Position numbers and translations under genes: made by a program. A stretch of 64,000 nt of DNA, from positions 13,578,001-13,642,000 of the forward strand of contig OX597822.1 in the NCBI GenBank assembly GCA_951406725.2, read 5' to 3'. The notes under the pieces were generated by a model. It was given only the letters and a program-made list of their open reading frames with translations, was not told the DNA's origin and searched no databases. The stretch is from Octopus vulgaris. Its lineage: Eukaryota. Shown here piece by piece: positions 13,668 to 26,764 of this stretch (positions are counted from its first letter, which is position 1; every line of letters begins with the position of its first letter).

Positions 13668-13808
13668 AATTATTTACATTTGACTGATATTTGTCCTCAT
13701 CTTTGTTCTTAACACAACGTTTCGGTTGATATACCCTCCAGCCTTCATCAGGTCTCTTGGGGAAATTTTGAACCTGGGTTCTCATTCCTAAGGTATTTTT
13801 CGATGTTG
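13668..13808 (-). mobile_element. HH-A repeat, inverted copy, hammerhead at 13711-13756
   Basis: Reverse complement of 13996-14140; gagac CTGATGA a ggctg...caacc GAAAC GTT gtgtt with mismatches in stems I and II. Confidence 0.82.
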
Positions 13809-13839
13809 CTATCATTGGTTATTATTAGAGGTTAAGAGT

Positions 13840-13916
13840 ACCCACGGGCATATGGCGTAGTGGTTAAGAGTGCGGACTAATAACCCCAAGATTCCGAGTT
13901 CACTTCCAGGCAGTGA

Positions 13917-13920
<4 letters not shown>
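13840..13920 (+). ncRNA. tRNA-like Pol III head (pseudo-tRNA / SINE head)
   Basis: A box tggcgtagtgg, B box gagttcacttcc; acceptor stem not intact; second copy at 40049. Confidence 0.75.
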
Positions 13921-13996
<76 letters not shown>

Positions 13997-14043
13997 TCGA
14001 AAAATACCTTAGGAATGAGAACTCTGGTTCGAAATTTCCCCAA

Positions 14044-14089
14044 GACACCTGATGAAGGCTGGAGGGTATATCAGCCGAAACGTTGTGTT
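14044..14089 (+). ncRNA. Minimal type-I hammerhead ribozyme (family HH-A)
   Basis: GACAC CTGATGA A GGCTG (loop) CAGCC GAAAC GTT GTGTT: stem I GACAC/GTGTT, stem II 5 bp, palindromic AACGTT in place of stem III. Confidence 0.8.
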
Positions 14090-14290
14090 AACAATAAACA
14101 AGATGAGGACAAATATCTCTCAAATGTAAATAATGTAAATAATGTATATAATTCCTCATTTCTTAAATATAGAACTGTATTACCTTTAATAATTTCGACC
14201 AAAACAATTATTATTCTATACTCTTATAAATTTCTTGGACATTAGCTTGCCACTGACAATCACAAATCAAATAATAAACATTACAAAATA

Positions 14291-14710
14291 CTCTTTACTC
14301 TTTTACTCTTTTATTTGTTTCAGTCATTTGACTGCGGCCATGCTGGAGCACCGCCTTTAGTCGAGCAAATCCACCCCGGGACTTATTCTTTGTAAGCCCA
14401 GTACTTATTCTATCGGTCTCTTTTGCCGAACCGCTAAGTGACGGGGACATAAACACACCAGCATCGGTTGTCAAGCAATGCTAGGGGGACAAACACAGAC
14501 ACACAAACACATATACACACACACATATATATATATATACATATATACGACAGGCTTCTTTCAGTTTCCGTCTACCAAATCCACTCACAAGGCATTGGTC
14601 GGCCCGGGGCTATAGCAGAAGACACTTTCCCTAGATGCCACGCAGTGGGACTGAACCCGGAACCATGTGGTTGGTTAGCAAGCTACTTACCACACAGACA
14701 CTCCTGCGCC
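14291..14710 (-). mobile_element. tRNA-derived SINE family B (octopus-type), full length
   Basis: Minus strand ggcgcaggagtg...gtggtaag (A box), gggttcagtccc (B box), internal TA/TG microsatellite, tail gtaaaagagtaaagag. Confidence 0.9.
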
Positions 14711-15609
14711 TATACATTAGTAAAGCTTCTACCCATCCACGAATAATTTTGACAAAGTAGAACTTTTCGTCTGTCATTGAATACATAGGATTCTGTAAGA
14801 CTATATAACGTTACAACCTAGCACATTCTAAGGCCAGTTCACATATTTATAATGCAGAATTGGTCTCCACCAACCATGCCTAAACGCCATTCTTAATTAA
14901 TATGTATTTAAGTACGACGGACGGTAAATTTAAAGAACTTCAACCAAACTTCTTCCTTCAGAAACATAAGAAAAAAGAATTATGCATTTAGAACTGAAAG
15001 AAAATACGATTGCATTCTATGTGAAAAAGAAAAGCGTCGAAAGATAAAGATCATATATTACGTTACAAAAGGTGCTGTTTATGCATTGCTGAGAAGAACC
15101 ACACACTCAATATGTATACCAACTAGATCCCTCTAAAAGAATGTCAAAAAAGTCAAATATGCTGGATTAGAATTCTTCAGCAAAACTTCGTAGGGAATAA
15201 GTGTTTTTGGTTTGTTTGTTTTCTTTTCTTTTCTTAGCAAAAAAGAGTAAACTGCAAGTAGCGATGTAAGAATGACAAGCGAATATGGCAGAAGTTGGTG
15301 TTGCGAAATAAAATATGCGGAGGTATGTTTGTGTTTGCTGAAGGCACAAACTATGTGTGAATATGTCGAGTGAGGCATGGTGTTACCAGTTGGTGAGGCT
15401 GCTGTCGCTGTTTATTCACAAAAGTCGTTTTTGATACTCTTACATTCGCTCTACTCACCCTAGCCTTCGTTCTCTCCCCTATATGTGTGTGTGTATGCAT
15501 ATGTATATATATATATATGTATATATGTATGCATGTATGTATATATATATATATATGTATACATATATGTATGTATATATACATGCATATATATATGCCT
15601 TTCTATCTG

Positions 15610-15640
<31 letters not shown>

Positions 15641-15710
15641 GTATGCATACATACACACACACACACATATATATATATATGTGTGTGTATGTATGCATAT
15701 ATATTTTAAT

Positions 15711-15768
<58 letters not shown>

Positions 15769-15776
15769 CATATATG

Positions 15777-15834
<58 letters not shown>

Positions 15835-15924
15835 GAAATATATATATATACATATATGCAAATATATATATATATACATATATATATATGTATATATATA
15901 TATATAATTAAAATATATATGCAT

Positions 15925-15967
<43 letters not shown>

Positions 15968-15979
15968 AGTGTGTGTATT

Positions 15980-16012
<33 letters not shown>

Positions 16013-16387
16013 GAAGACAGAAAGACAGAGGTAGAGGGAGGGAGGGGGTGTGAAAGAGAGGAGTGGAATGAAGGAACAGCAAGAAGATATTTGTGAATGA
16101 GTACCGACAAAACTGTCTCACCTATAGAACGCGCAGAACGATTTGCCGTGCAAAATGATAATAATAATAATAATGATAATAAATAAATATATAAGTAAAT
16201 AAATAAATAGATAAATAAATGCAAAAAGGAAAAGTTCTTTTCCTCCAAAATTAGATTTAATGAAAAGTCAACCAGTTAACCCGCTACAATAATAATAACT
16301 CCTTGATATCTTTTATCTATAAATACCCGGGGTATTGCTCACCCTAGTTACAGTTTAGTTTAATTAAGTAACATGCTGATTTATTGG

Positions 16388-16550
16388 AAGAAGAGCAAGA
16401 AGAAGAAGAAGAAGAAGAAGAAGAAGAAGAAGAAGAAGAAGAAGAAGAGGGGAGAAGAAGAAGAAGAAGAAGAAGAAGAAGAAGAAGAAGAAGAAGAAGA
16501 AGAAGAAGAAGAAGAAGAAGAAGAAGAAGCAGAAGAAGAAGAAGAAGAAG
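16388..16550. repeat. (GAA)n microsatellite
   Basis: Direct reading. Confidence 0.97.
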
Positions 16551-17244
16551 AGGGGAGAAGGTGGTGGAGGAGGAGGAGGGTAGCAGCAAGAAGAGAAAGG
16601 AGGAGTGTGAATGAACTCTTTTTATCTTTTGACAAGCAACGTCACTACAGAGAAACTAATAGGAATCGGTTAATATGAGAAATAACTAATTTTTCTTTTG
16701 GTCATTAATATGAAAACAGATGGAAATACGTCTGTGGATAAGAAATAAAACGAAAAGATAGAAGAGAGATATAAATATAGAAGAGGAGGAAGCTAGGCTG
16801 ACTGCTACTGTTGTTGTTGGTGTTGGTGTTACTGGTGTTGTTACTAGTGCTGGTGTTGCTGCTATTGTTGTTGTTGTTGTTGTTGTAGAGCCCAACCTCA
16901 AGCTAGATCGCAATAGATTTATGACTAACGGATTTCCAACCGTGACTATTCCATCTTTTTAATGAGGTCGTCCAGAACAACACGTTCTGCTGTACCTTTT
17001 CCCTTATCTAAGGAAGGCGTGTGAGCAGGCAGAAATGCTTAGCGCGTCGGACAAAATGCTCAGCGGTTTTTCTTTCGGCTCTGAGATAAAATTCTGTGTA
17101 GATCAACTTTGCCTTTCGTCTTTACAGGATCGATAAAATAAATACCATTTGAGCACGTGGGTGGGTGGTGCATGAAATCTAACCATTATCTTCAAAATGA
17201 TTGTCCTTTTGCCAAAATTTGAAAGAAGTCAAAACGGTGGGGAT

Positions 17245-17660
17245 GGCGGCGAGCTGGAAGAATTGTTAGTGTGTCGAACAAAATGCTTAGCGGCATTTCT
17301 TCCGGCGAGCTGGCAGAAACGTTAGCACACCGGGCGAAATGTGTAGCCGTATTTTGTCTACCGTTACGTTCTGAGTTCAAATTCCGCCAAGGTCGACTTT
17401 GCCTTTCATCCTTTCGGGGTCGATTAAATAAGTACCAGTTACGCACTGGGGTCGATATAATCGACTTAATCCCTCCGTCTGTCCTTGTTTGTCCTCTCTG
17501 TGTTTAGCTCCTTGTGGGTAGTAAAGAAACAGCTCTTTGCGTTCAACATTATCTTTCATTCTTTCAAGGTCGATAAAATAAATATCACTGGACCACACTG
17601 CCGTCGATGTAATCATGTTGCTCTCTCCTCGCCAAATTGCTGGCCTTGTGCAAAAATTTG
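17245..17660 (+). mobile_element. SINE family A, nested young copy in an older copy
   Basis: Two heads (17245, 17304) and two tails. Confidence 0.8.
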
Positions 17661-18441
17661 AAACCGTTTTATACGGTAAGGTGATGTAGTTTACGAAATA
17701 ATTAGCTGCTATTTCTAGTAAGCTGGGTGATCATGAAGAGACACCCTTGTTGGCGTCTGTACCTATGGCTGCTGTAGATATGGTAGTGGTGGTGGTGGTG
17801 GTGGTGGTGGTAGAGAGGGCTGACCCTTATCGTTGCTCACCTAAATTACATGTACCTCCTCTCTGCACGAGTCACCTCCCTTATGTTTTCTCTATTTCAA
17901 TCCAGCGAGTATTCAATTTCACACTGTATGGTTTCATAGTTATATGCTTATAATAACGACTTTCCAGAATGGTTGTATTTCTGTAGTAGATGTCTCTCCT
18001 TCTTTTCGCTTTCTCCCCACTTTCATTCACACACAGACACACACACTCCCTCTCACACACACACACACACACATTCTCTCTCTCTCTCTCACTCACCCGT
18101 TCTTTTTTTTTCTTTCTTTCTCTATATATTGCGCCTGTGTATGCATATGAATATACGTCTGTTTACATGTATACACAGCGCGTCCCATAAATAATACAGA
18201 GTTTAAACACTTTTACGCAAGCTATATGGGAATCCATGATGAGTATATGTGAGTGCGCATGTAATTATATGTCTGTATATCTGCATATATATATACATAC
18301 ATATATATATATATATATGCAGATATACATATATATATATACATATATATTTCATTCCCGCGCGTGAGTGTGTGTGAATAAATGTGAATTCTGAAAATCA
18401 TATGCAATGTGTTCAGTAAATATATATTTAGTACCACTATG

Positions 18442-18486
<45 letters not shown>

Positions 18487-18627
18487 CCTGCAAATAAATT
18501 ACAGGAACTTCGGCAGGTGAGACCGAGTATTGTCCGATTACTATCGCTTTTCAGGTTTTCATAGAACTTGCAATCATATTGAATTTTCAAGGAGAATGAT
18601 TATTATATTAAGCAATTTCTACATAAG

Positions 18628-19030
18628 CGCAGGCCTGCCTGTGTGGTAAGAAGATTGCTTTCCAGCCACATGGTTCCGGGTTCAACCCCAATGCGTGACA
18701 CCTTGGGCGATTTTCTTCTACTATGCCTTGTGAGTGGATTTTGTGGACAGAAACTGAAAGTCGTCAGTCGTATATATATATATATATACATACATATAAG
18801 TCTAGGACATTTATCTTCCCCGCCCCAATGGACAATGACCTCCCAAGGAGGGTAATTGTCCTGATACGATATATTTATATGTATATATATATATATATTT
18901 GTGTGTCTGTGTTTGTGCCCCGACCATCGCTTGACAACCGATGTTAGTGTGTTTTACGTCCCCGTAAGTTAGCGGTTCGGCAAAAGTAACCGATGGTATA
19001 AGTTCTAGGCTTACAATGAATAAGTTTTGG
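18628..19030 (+). mobile_element. SINE family B, interrupted
   Basis: Head gcgcagg...gtgtggtaag, body cgcttgacaaccgatg. Confidence 0.8.
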
Positions 19031-19058
19031 CGTGTCTTTAATGATCAGACTGAGATAG

Positions 19059-19137
<79 letters not shown>

Positions 19138-20240
19138 ATTACGAATTAAAAGCAGCTTTAATAATATATACACACTTGGTCGCACATACATAGAGTATGT
19201 ATATGGTTTCAACGCTCACTTGCTGCGGCATAGCGTCCAGAGAAAGCTCCCTACACGGCGCCAAATAGCACCGAATTGCCCCAGACCAGGGGACATAATT
19301 TGCTTTGGCATCTCCGAGAATGGTAGATGCTGACATTTCGGCACTAACGGATCAGTGAAGTGCTGCGGATCGATTCAATAGGTTAACTTTTACTTTCAAA
19401 TTTCTGAATTCGTACCTATGTACAAAATTTAATGGTAGGAGGTTGGCAAAATCGTTCGAGAATCGGGCAAATTGCTTTGCAATATTTATTCAGGATCTGG
19501 AACCAAACCGCAGCACGACAAACATTATCTTTTATCATTCAGTTAAGTTTATCATTCAATTAATTCCAATTAATTTCATCATCAATTAAAGAAAGAACCA
19601 GTCAAGAAAGTGCTGGGTTTGATTTAAACAAATATGTACGGAATGGTTAGTGCGTCGAACAATATGTTTGACATCAATTCTTCTAATTTATTACGTTCTG
19701 AGAGTAAATACCGCTGAGGTCAACGTTGTTTCAGACCTTGCTCTTCAGAAATTGAACAGCAAACGAAAGGCTTACCTTGAAAATGTTATACTATGCACGC
19801 GCGCGCGGGGACACACACGCACACAGACAGGTACGCACGCACACAGACACGCACACAAACACACGCACACACAAAATGTACGAACACAAATACACACACA
19901 CGCACATACACATATACACACACGCCCGCACACACAAAACGCACGAACAAAAATACACACACACACGCACACCCCGTAGCCATTGAAGTAGTCATCCAAC
20001 ATTTATACAAAGACTTCTCATTCATCCTTATAGAAATGCTTACTTACAAACATACATTGTTCGTTGCTTAATCTTCCTTCGAAATGCCGACTTTACTGTG
20101 TCGCACCGAGTTTCGGCAACACTCACTACTTCGACAATCACATAGAAAGAAACCCACGTTAACTTGATTTTTAGCAAATACTACAAAATGCCCCACCACT
20201 TCCCGTAACCCTGCACACTTTTATTATTATTATTATTATT

Positions 20241-20735
20241 CAGTAGTTTTATTTTTATAGCGTGCTTTTACTTCACTACCGAGCGTAGCTCTGTGTGCCT
20301 TAGGTATGTACTGTGATTTGTTGTGATGCTCTGATGGTTACTGTATGGAAAGTGTTCTGCGTAGGATGTGTGCAGTGCCTAGTAGTGCAATTTTCTGTAT
20401 GTTATATGTGTTTGTAAGTCCTGGTGTTTTTGTTATGTACTTGTCTGAATATCTTTTTATCATGCATAATGCACCTATTATGATAGGAATTGTTTCTGTT
20501 TTTAGATTCCACATTCTGGTTACCTCTATTTCCAGGTCTTTGTATTTTGAAAGTTTCTCCATTTCTTTTAGAGACACGTTGTCATCTGCCGGTATTGATA
20601 CATCAATTAGAAAGCTTTTTTTTTTCTTCATGATCTCTGACAACTATATCTGGTCTGTTGGCCTTAATTTCTTTATCTGTGTGTATCGGCATATCCCAGA
20701 GTGTGGTTGCTTTCTCGTTTTCTGTGACCTTTTCT
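20241..20735 (-). mobile_element. 5'-truncated Dong/R4-clade non-LTR retrotransposon (restriction-like endonuclease C-terminus and 3' UTR) in (TAA)n
   Basis: LWDMPIHTDKEIKANRPDIVV / LIDVSIP...EKLSKYKDL...IPIIIGAL...IQKIALLGTAHILR*; PD-(D/E)xK RLE motifs; frameshift in a poly-A run; ATT repeats on both sides. Confidence 0.9.
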
Positions 20736-20756
20736 TTATTATTATTATTATCATCA

Positions 20757-20823
<67 letters not shown>

Positions 20824-20916
20824 TATTATGTTTAACACCTTATTAAGTTTGCTTGGTAGGTGATATGAGGAAAATCAAAGTCAGGTGACTGACCCATTTG
20901 CCAAATGGTTTTGTAG

Positions 20917-20978
20917 CACCTACGCAACGGACTGACACCTACGCAACGGACTGACACCTACGCAACGGACTGACACCT
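20917..20978. repeat. 19-bp minisatellite x3.3 (cacctacgcaacggactga)
   Basis: Three perfect adjacent units plus cacct. Confidence 0.95.
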
Positions 20979-21069
20979 GTCTTTTTCTTATTTTAAAGAC
21001 AACGCATGTCATATTACATTTACACGCACAAAGAAACATATCAGGTATTGAAGCCACCCCTATCAAAAT

Positions 21070-21580
21070 ACAGTTTATTTGGTTAGATCATCCCTCACGT
21101 GTGAGTGATATCAGAATTCTAAAGCAATTTCTCTTTCGCCAATTCCCAACAGGAAGGTCAGTTGGAAGGTCACTCTGGCACTTCATAGACAAACTAAAAG
21201 ACAATCAGAAACGATGCAACATTACCTTTTCTTCCTGGGAAAACAAAGCAGCAGAAGGCAGGGCCTGGCGCCAGTCCTGCTTCCCCTCAGTTCAAAGATT
21301 TGAACAAAATCGACTCGAACACCGGGACCAAATTCGTGCAAGAATGAAGACACGCTGGCAAAACACTGCTTCTCTAAATGGAAAGCTTACCTGTCATTGT
21401 GGTTTTGTGGCGCAAAGAAAAGCAGGCCTAGCTGTCCACTTAAGAAAACACATAGTAAATAATCCACAAACACTCAAGAAAACTGAGTCCTCAACTTGTT
21501 CCATTTGCCAAAATGTTTGCAAGGCATCAACGGGCCTCAAGAAGCACACGTTCGTGTCCATAAAACATGATTAATGCTCT
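21070..21580 (+). pseudogene. RTE/BovB-like LINE 3' fragment with C2H2 zinc fingers
   Basis: RILKQFLF...GRSVGR...DKLK...WENKAAEGRAWR; CHCGF...HLRKH and CSIC...GLKKH. Confidence 0.82.
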
Positions 21581-22066
21581 ATTTCGAGTTCGAGTCCCAC
21601 GGGCTGCTTTCAAATGCTTGTATCAGAATGGTTAATCTGTATAAAGGTATATCTCCCTATATATCTATTTATTTATCTATCTAACTATTGATCTATTCAT
21701 CTCTCTATCGAACTACACAAATAATGCATATGTATGCATTTATATATATATATATATAATCTTTACATATATATACATTCATATATAAATACATCTACAT
21801 ATATAAATGTAACTCACCCTTCTCAGTGTTTATATACATATATATAGATACATCTTTGTATAAATATATACACCACGCACGCAAACTCACACATACACGC
21901 ACACCCATACCCCCCCCCACATATATATAGGCGTAGAGTTACATTAAATAAGTATCAAAAATTAAGAAGAATTGCGACAAAAAAAAACCCCAGAAAATTC
22001 ACACACAAGACATGGAGATGCTCCGTTGCCGTGCATCTGTTCAATTTTTGAAGCCAACACACACGT

Positions 22067-22119
<53 letters not shown>

Positions 22120-22864
22120 CACACACACACACATATATACGCACAAATGTGTCTAACTGTTTTTATATTTGATTTGTCTGTAAGCCTGCCTGTGCGCATA
22201 TATAGTTATGAACGTTTGTTTGTACCTAGATGAGAGTGTGCGTGCGTGTACGCGTGCATATGTCTCACAGTTTGCTTGGTAAACATCTGGTTTGCAGTAC
22301 CCTTTTTTTCTACAACGTAGTCACGTCCCATTTACTTACCATCACCCAGATGTTGTTGTTTATAATCAGAAACTGTGCTGGAATGACTTCATGCTTTTAA
22401 TTCCGGATTCAGAAAGATGTCTGAAATTTTGCAGGTTTTAATATAGGTGCGCATACGTGTTAGAAACTTGAATGATAGACACCAAGTAGTGTCAAAATTA
22501 ACTTGTAAACAGCACTTTTAGCCAAATAAGTATCATGAGAACCGAAATACATCCAGTGAGATATTCAGGCTATGTATACAGAGAATTTAAAAACGTTATG
22601 AGCATTATAATAGCCCATGTGCTATCAAAAAGAGTACGTTGTATTCGTCGTGGGTCATTAGGTATATTCCAGAATATCCGACGGGTCGGGAGTCCAGTGA
22701 GGTGCATTATGAACAAATAAATATATAACAAAACGTCACTATTAAAGAAATCTATTAAAGAAATCCCCTAGAAACAGCTATAATGAAGTGATGCGCATCC
22801 GTCGATTGGTTATTTAATTATTTGTGTGTGCGCGCGTGTATATATATACAGTCCAAAATGTAAG

Positions 22865-23070
22865 CACATGTGGACTGTTGGCGATTTTTTCCCACTCCGT
22901 CTTCTTTTTATCTTGGACTTTCATCTGTCTCCTGTTTCTGAAAAAAAAGCCTTGTTCGAAACTCAAAACATCATTTCTTTCCTTCTCTGAGCCTCCTATT
23001 GATACTTTGCATGCACCACGTCGACGCGTTATAGTTTCATCCGTGTTGTCTTTTTTCTCCGCTTTTTTTT
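22865..23070 (+). mobile_element. HH-B repeat, decayed
   Basis: gttggcgattttttccc...tgtttctgaaaaaaaagccttgttcgaaac matches HH-B with a disrupted core. Confidence 0.65.
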
Positions 23071-23340
23071 ATTCCTTATATATATATATATATATACATA
23101 AAAGGTAAAATTAATCAATTAATTTTACCCTATATTATTATTAAAATTATAATTTACTCCATAATCGAAACTGCGGTTTTTCTGCAGGATACGTCATAAC
23201 ATACACGTGGGTATAAAATATAAATATGTATCACATTCAGCTGTATATTTTTGGGAGTGAGGTTGAATATTAATTATGCGATGAACGTTTAATCGCGTAT
23301 ATATTTAATCTTAACACTCGCAAATTTATAACACGGAGCA

Positions 23341-23400
23341 CCACACTGAGGAGAATAGAAGGTAAATATGATTTACTTTAAACTCGAAACGCGTCTGTGG
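23341..23400 (+). ncRNA. Type-I hammerhead ribozyme with canonical GUC site (family HH-D)
   Basis: CCACA CTGAGGA GA...aaggtaaat atg atttacttt...TC GAAAC GC GTC TGTGG; perfect 5-bp stem I, extended stem II, palindromic ACGCGT stem III. Confidence 0.85.
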
Positions 23401-23566
23401 CTAACCGAAGTCGCGTGGATTCATCATTTTTCTTTTTACCTACATAAAAAAGTGTGTTATTGTCTCGGAGATTTTATGGTAGTTGAAAAGACAGCGTCTA
23501 TTTCTATTTCAGTACGTGGCGAGGCACTTAGCTGACGCCTGATTATAATTATGTATATAATTATAG

Positions 23567-23618
<52 letters not shown>

Positions 23619-23749
23619 TCCAGCATGGTTGCACTCAAATGACTGAAACAAATAAAAGAATATATATATATATACGCAAATGTCGAACGATGGAAAAAGA
23701 GTGTTCAGCACTGCATTGGTGGATATGATTTCTTTATTTGTGAATTAAA

Positions 23750-23900
23750 GCTACCATTGGTTTCATAATAAGAAAAACAGGAAAATATCCTAGTGTCTTA
23801 ACAATTTTTCAAGCTGATCACATGGAGGCGAACACCTTTCTCCATGTGTTAAAAAACTAGGATATTTTCCTATTTTTCTTATCGTGAAACCAATGGTGGC
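23750..23900. repeat. Inverted repeat, about 52-bp arms, with nested 9-bp hairpin in the spacer
   Basis: 23750-23803 pairs with 23847-23900 with several mismatches; cacatggag/ctccatgtg inside. Confidence 0.8.
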
Positions 23901-24205
23901 CATATCAATAACATTCTAACGAAACAGCTGTCGTACACTTTAAACCACATATGTGCTTGAAAGACGAGCTTTATATGAATCGACTGGTATCATTATATGA
24001 CACATAATGCTTGCTTTCATACTTACGCTGCACCCGGAAACAGCCCTGAGCCGGATCTAGTTTAAATTGGTTTAGAGACCTACATATCTACAGTATCCTA
24101 CCATCACGTGATATCTTCATGGTTGTGAACTCTACTTTATTTTACTTAGCAATTTCTGGCATCCAACGTGATGATGTGCCTGGATACTAATGGATCCAAT
24201 AACGA

Positions 24206-24238
<33 letters not shown>

Positions 24239-24242
24239 CATA

Positions 24243-24439
<197 letters not shown>

Positions 24440-24520
24440 CTGCCTTTCTATCTGTTTCTCTATCTGTATGTATCACTCTCTCTCTCTCTTTCTCTGATTT
24501 CTCTGTCTCTCTCTATCTCC

Positions 24521-24586
<66 letters not shown>

Positions 24587-24589
24587 TAT

Positions 24590-24933
24590 TCTTTTATTCT
24601 GTTACTTGTTTCAGTCATTTGGCTGCGACCATGCTGGAGCTCAGCATTTAGTCTAAGAAATCGACCCCGAGACTTATTCTATCGATCTCTTTTGCCAGAC
24701 CGCTAAGGTACGGGACGTATACATACAAACACACACACACACATGCACTCACACACGTATGTATATATATATACAACGGGCTTCTTTCAGTTTCTGTCTA
24801 CCAAATCAGCTCACAGGGCTTTGATCGGTCTGAGACTATAGTAGAAGACTCGGGGTGCCAAAACAGTGTGACTGAATCCGGAACCATGTGTTTGGTAACC
24901 AACCTATTTACAACACAGCCACTCCTGCACCTA
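24590..24933 (-). mobile_element. SINE family B, diverged
   Basis: Matches 14291-14710 with deletions. Confidence 0.8.
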
Positions 24934-25353
24934 TGATACGCATATGAATATTGTATAATAATGAATTCAAACCAAGTGCTGATATTTTAGATGCATTTAA
25001 TATGCACGTTTCAGATCATTATGTAATAGATATAAAGGAAATTCTTCTTTTACGCAAGATCGTTCACCAGTTAAAAGCTTCCACACACATACACGTGCAC
25101 GCGCACGAATATAAACTTTCTGTTCTTTTATTCTTTTATGTGTTTCAGTCACTTATCTGTCGACGTGCTGGTGCACCGCATTTATTCGAACAAATCCACC
25201 CCATGACTTATTTTTCGTAAGCCTAATACATAAGCTATCAGTTCTTTTTGTTGAACCACTAAGTTACGGGGACGTAAATACACCAGCATCGGTTGTCAGG
25301 CGATGCGGTGAGGGGCAAACGCAGACACACAAACATATACATAGTTATATATA

Positions 25354-25396
<43 letters not shown>

Positions 25397-25423
25397 CATA
25401 GTTATATATATGTATTTCAAAAT

Positions 25424-25631
25424 GTGACCGCATGTGTACCGTTGGCGATTTTTTCCTCCGTCTTCCCTTCCTTGGATCTTTCCTTTTGCTATGTTTCTGA
25501 CGAAAAGCTCCGCTCGAAACGTTAAATCATCCTTCTTTCTTTCCTTTCCTGAGTGTCCAATAACACTATACATGTTCCACGTCCTCGCGTTGTTGTGTTT
25601 TCTCTTTGTGTCTTCATGTTTAGATTAACCT

Positions 25632-25632
<1 letters not shown>
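25424..25632 (+). mobile_element. HH-B repeat with hammerhead at 25491-25530
   Basis: atgttt CTGACGA a aagc tcc gctc GAAAC GTT aaatcat; flanked by TA repeats. Confidence 0.78.
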
Positions 25633-25666
<34 letters not shown>

Positions 25667-25823
25667 CATAGTTACGCATATATATACGGCGGGGTTCTTT
25701 TAGTTTCCGTCTACCAAATCCACTCACAAGACACCTGCCCAAAGTGTCACGTAGTGGGATTGAACCCGAAACCATGTGGCTAGGAAGCAAGATTTTTACT
25801 ACGCAGCCACGCCTACGCCTATA

Positions 25824-26056
25824 TACAAGTTTGGACAAAAGTCACCCGACAGTGAATCAAAATTCCACAAATACTATCTGTAATTCTATATTGATCCCAA
25901 TGGAAAAATGTGTCGCTCAAGAAGGACTTCAGTTTGAATAATTTTCATGATGTTTCATATTTAGATGTTTTTATTAAATTCATTCATTCAGTTGTTAGAC
26001 AAATAAATCTTGGAATTAAGTGGTTTTGATTTAGTCAGGTGACTTTTGGCCAACTA

Positions 26057-26058
<2 letters not shown>
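25824..26058. mobile_element. Tc1-like MITE
   Basis: Imperfect TIRs tacaagtttggacaaaagtcacccgac / gtcaggtgacttttggccaactagga, TA context. Confidence 0.7.
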
Positions 26059-26101
<43 letters not shown>

Positions 26102-26249
26102 ACTTACCATTGGCTTCACCTCTCTTTCGCGGATCAAGTGACTTTGGATTGATGTGAAATCCTTAAAAAATATACCACGACGTCTACACATTTCTAACCT
26201 TGAACTTTCAACCTTGAACTTGTTCGCATAAACTGTCCCGTTTGTTGTA

Positions 26250-26482
26250 TTTTTATTTTCTCATATATTACCACTTTTTTATTCGTTAGTTACTGCACGC
26301 ATTTTTTTCTCTCCTTCTTTCTGTGTTTTTTTTTTCCCCTCTGTGTATCTTTCTGTTGAAGAGCGTAGGCTCGAAACGTTAAAGACTTGTTTTATTTATA
26401 TTTCCTGAGCGCCATACTAATACAATTGTTTGCTTGTTTTCCACCTGCCTTCGTCTTTTGTCTATTTTCATAAAGCTTCCCG

Positions 26483-26485
<3 letters not shown>
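26250..26485 (+). mobile_element. HH-C repeat with hammerhead-like motif at 26348-26385
   Basis: TCTTT CTGTTGA A GAGC gtag GCTC GAAAC GTT AAAGA; ends aagcttcccgtt(TA)n. Confidence 0.78.
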
Positions 26486-26524
<39 letters not shown>

Positions 26525-26532
26525 GTATAGAG

Positions 26533-26639
<107 letters not shown>

Positions 26640-26764
26640 TGTATACAAACACATACATATTTTTCTTTGACACGTTTCAGCCCTAGGGTTGTGGACATGC
26701 TGGATTACCGCCAATATAACTTTTTCTATGTCCAATTTTAAGTGACTGGTTTTGTGTAAAGGAG

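Noticed and set aside
13840-13920. Functional tRNA gene (also 40049-40128 and 11110-11180)
   Set aside because: Acceptor and anticodon stems do not pair properly, copies diverge, no oligo-T terminator; treated as SINE heads
20917-20978. 19-bp repeat as a CRISPR array
   Set aside because: Units are directly adjacent with no spacers, no cas genes, eukaryotic context
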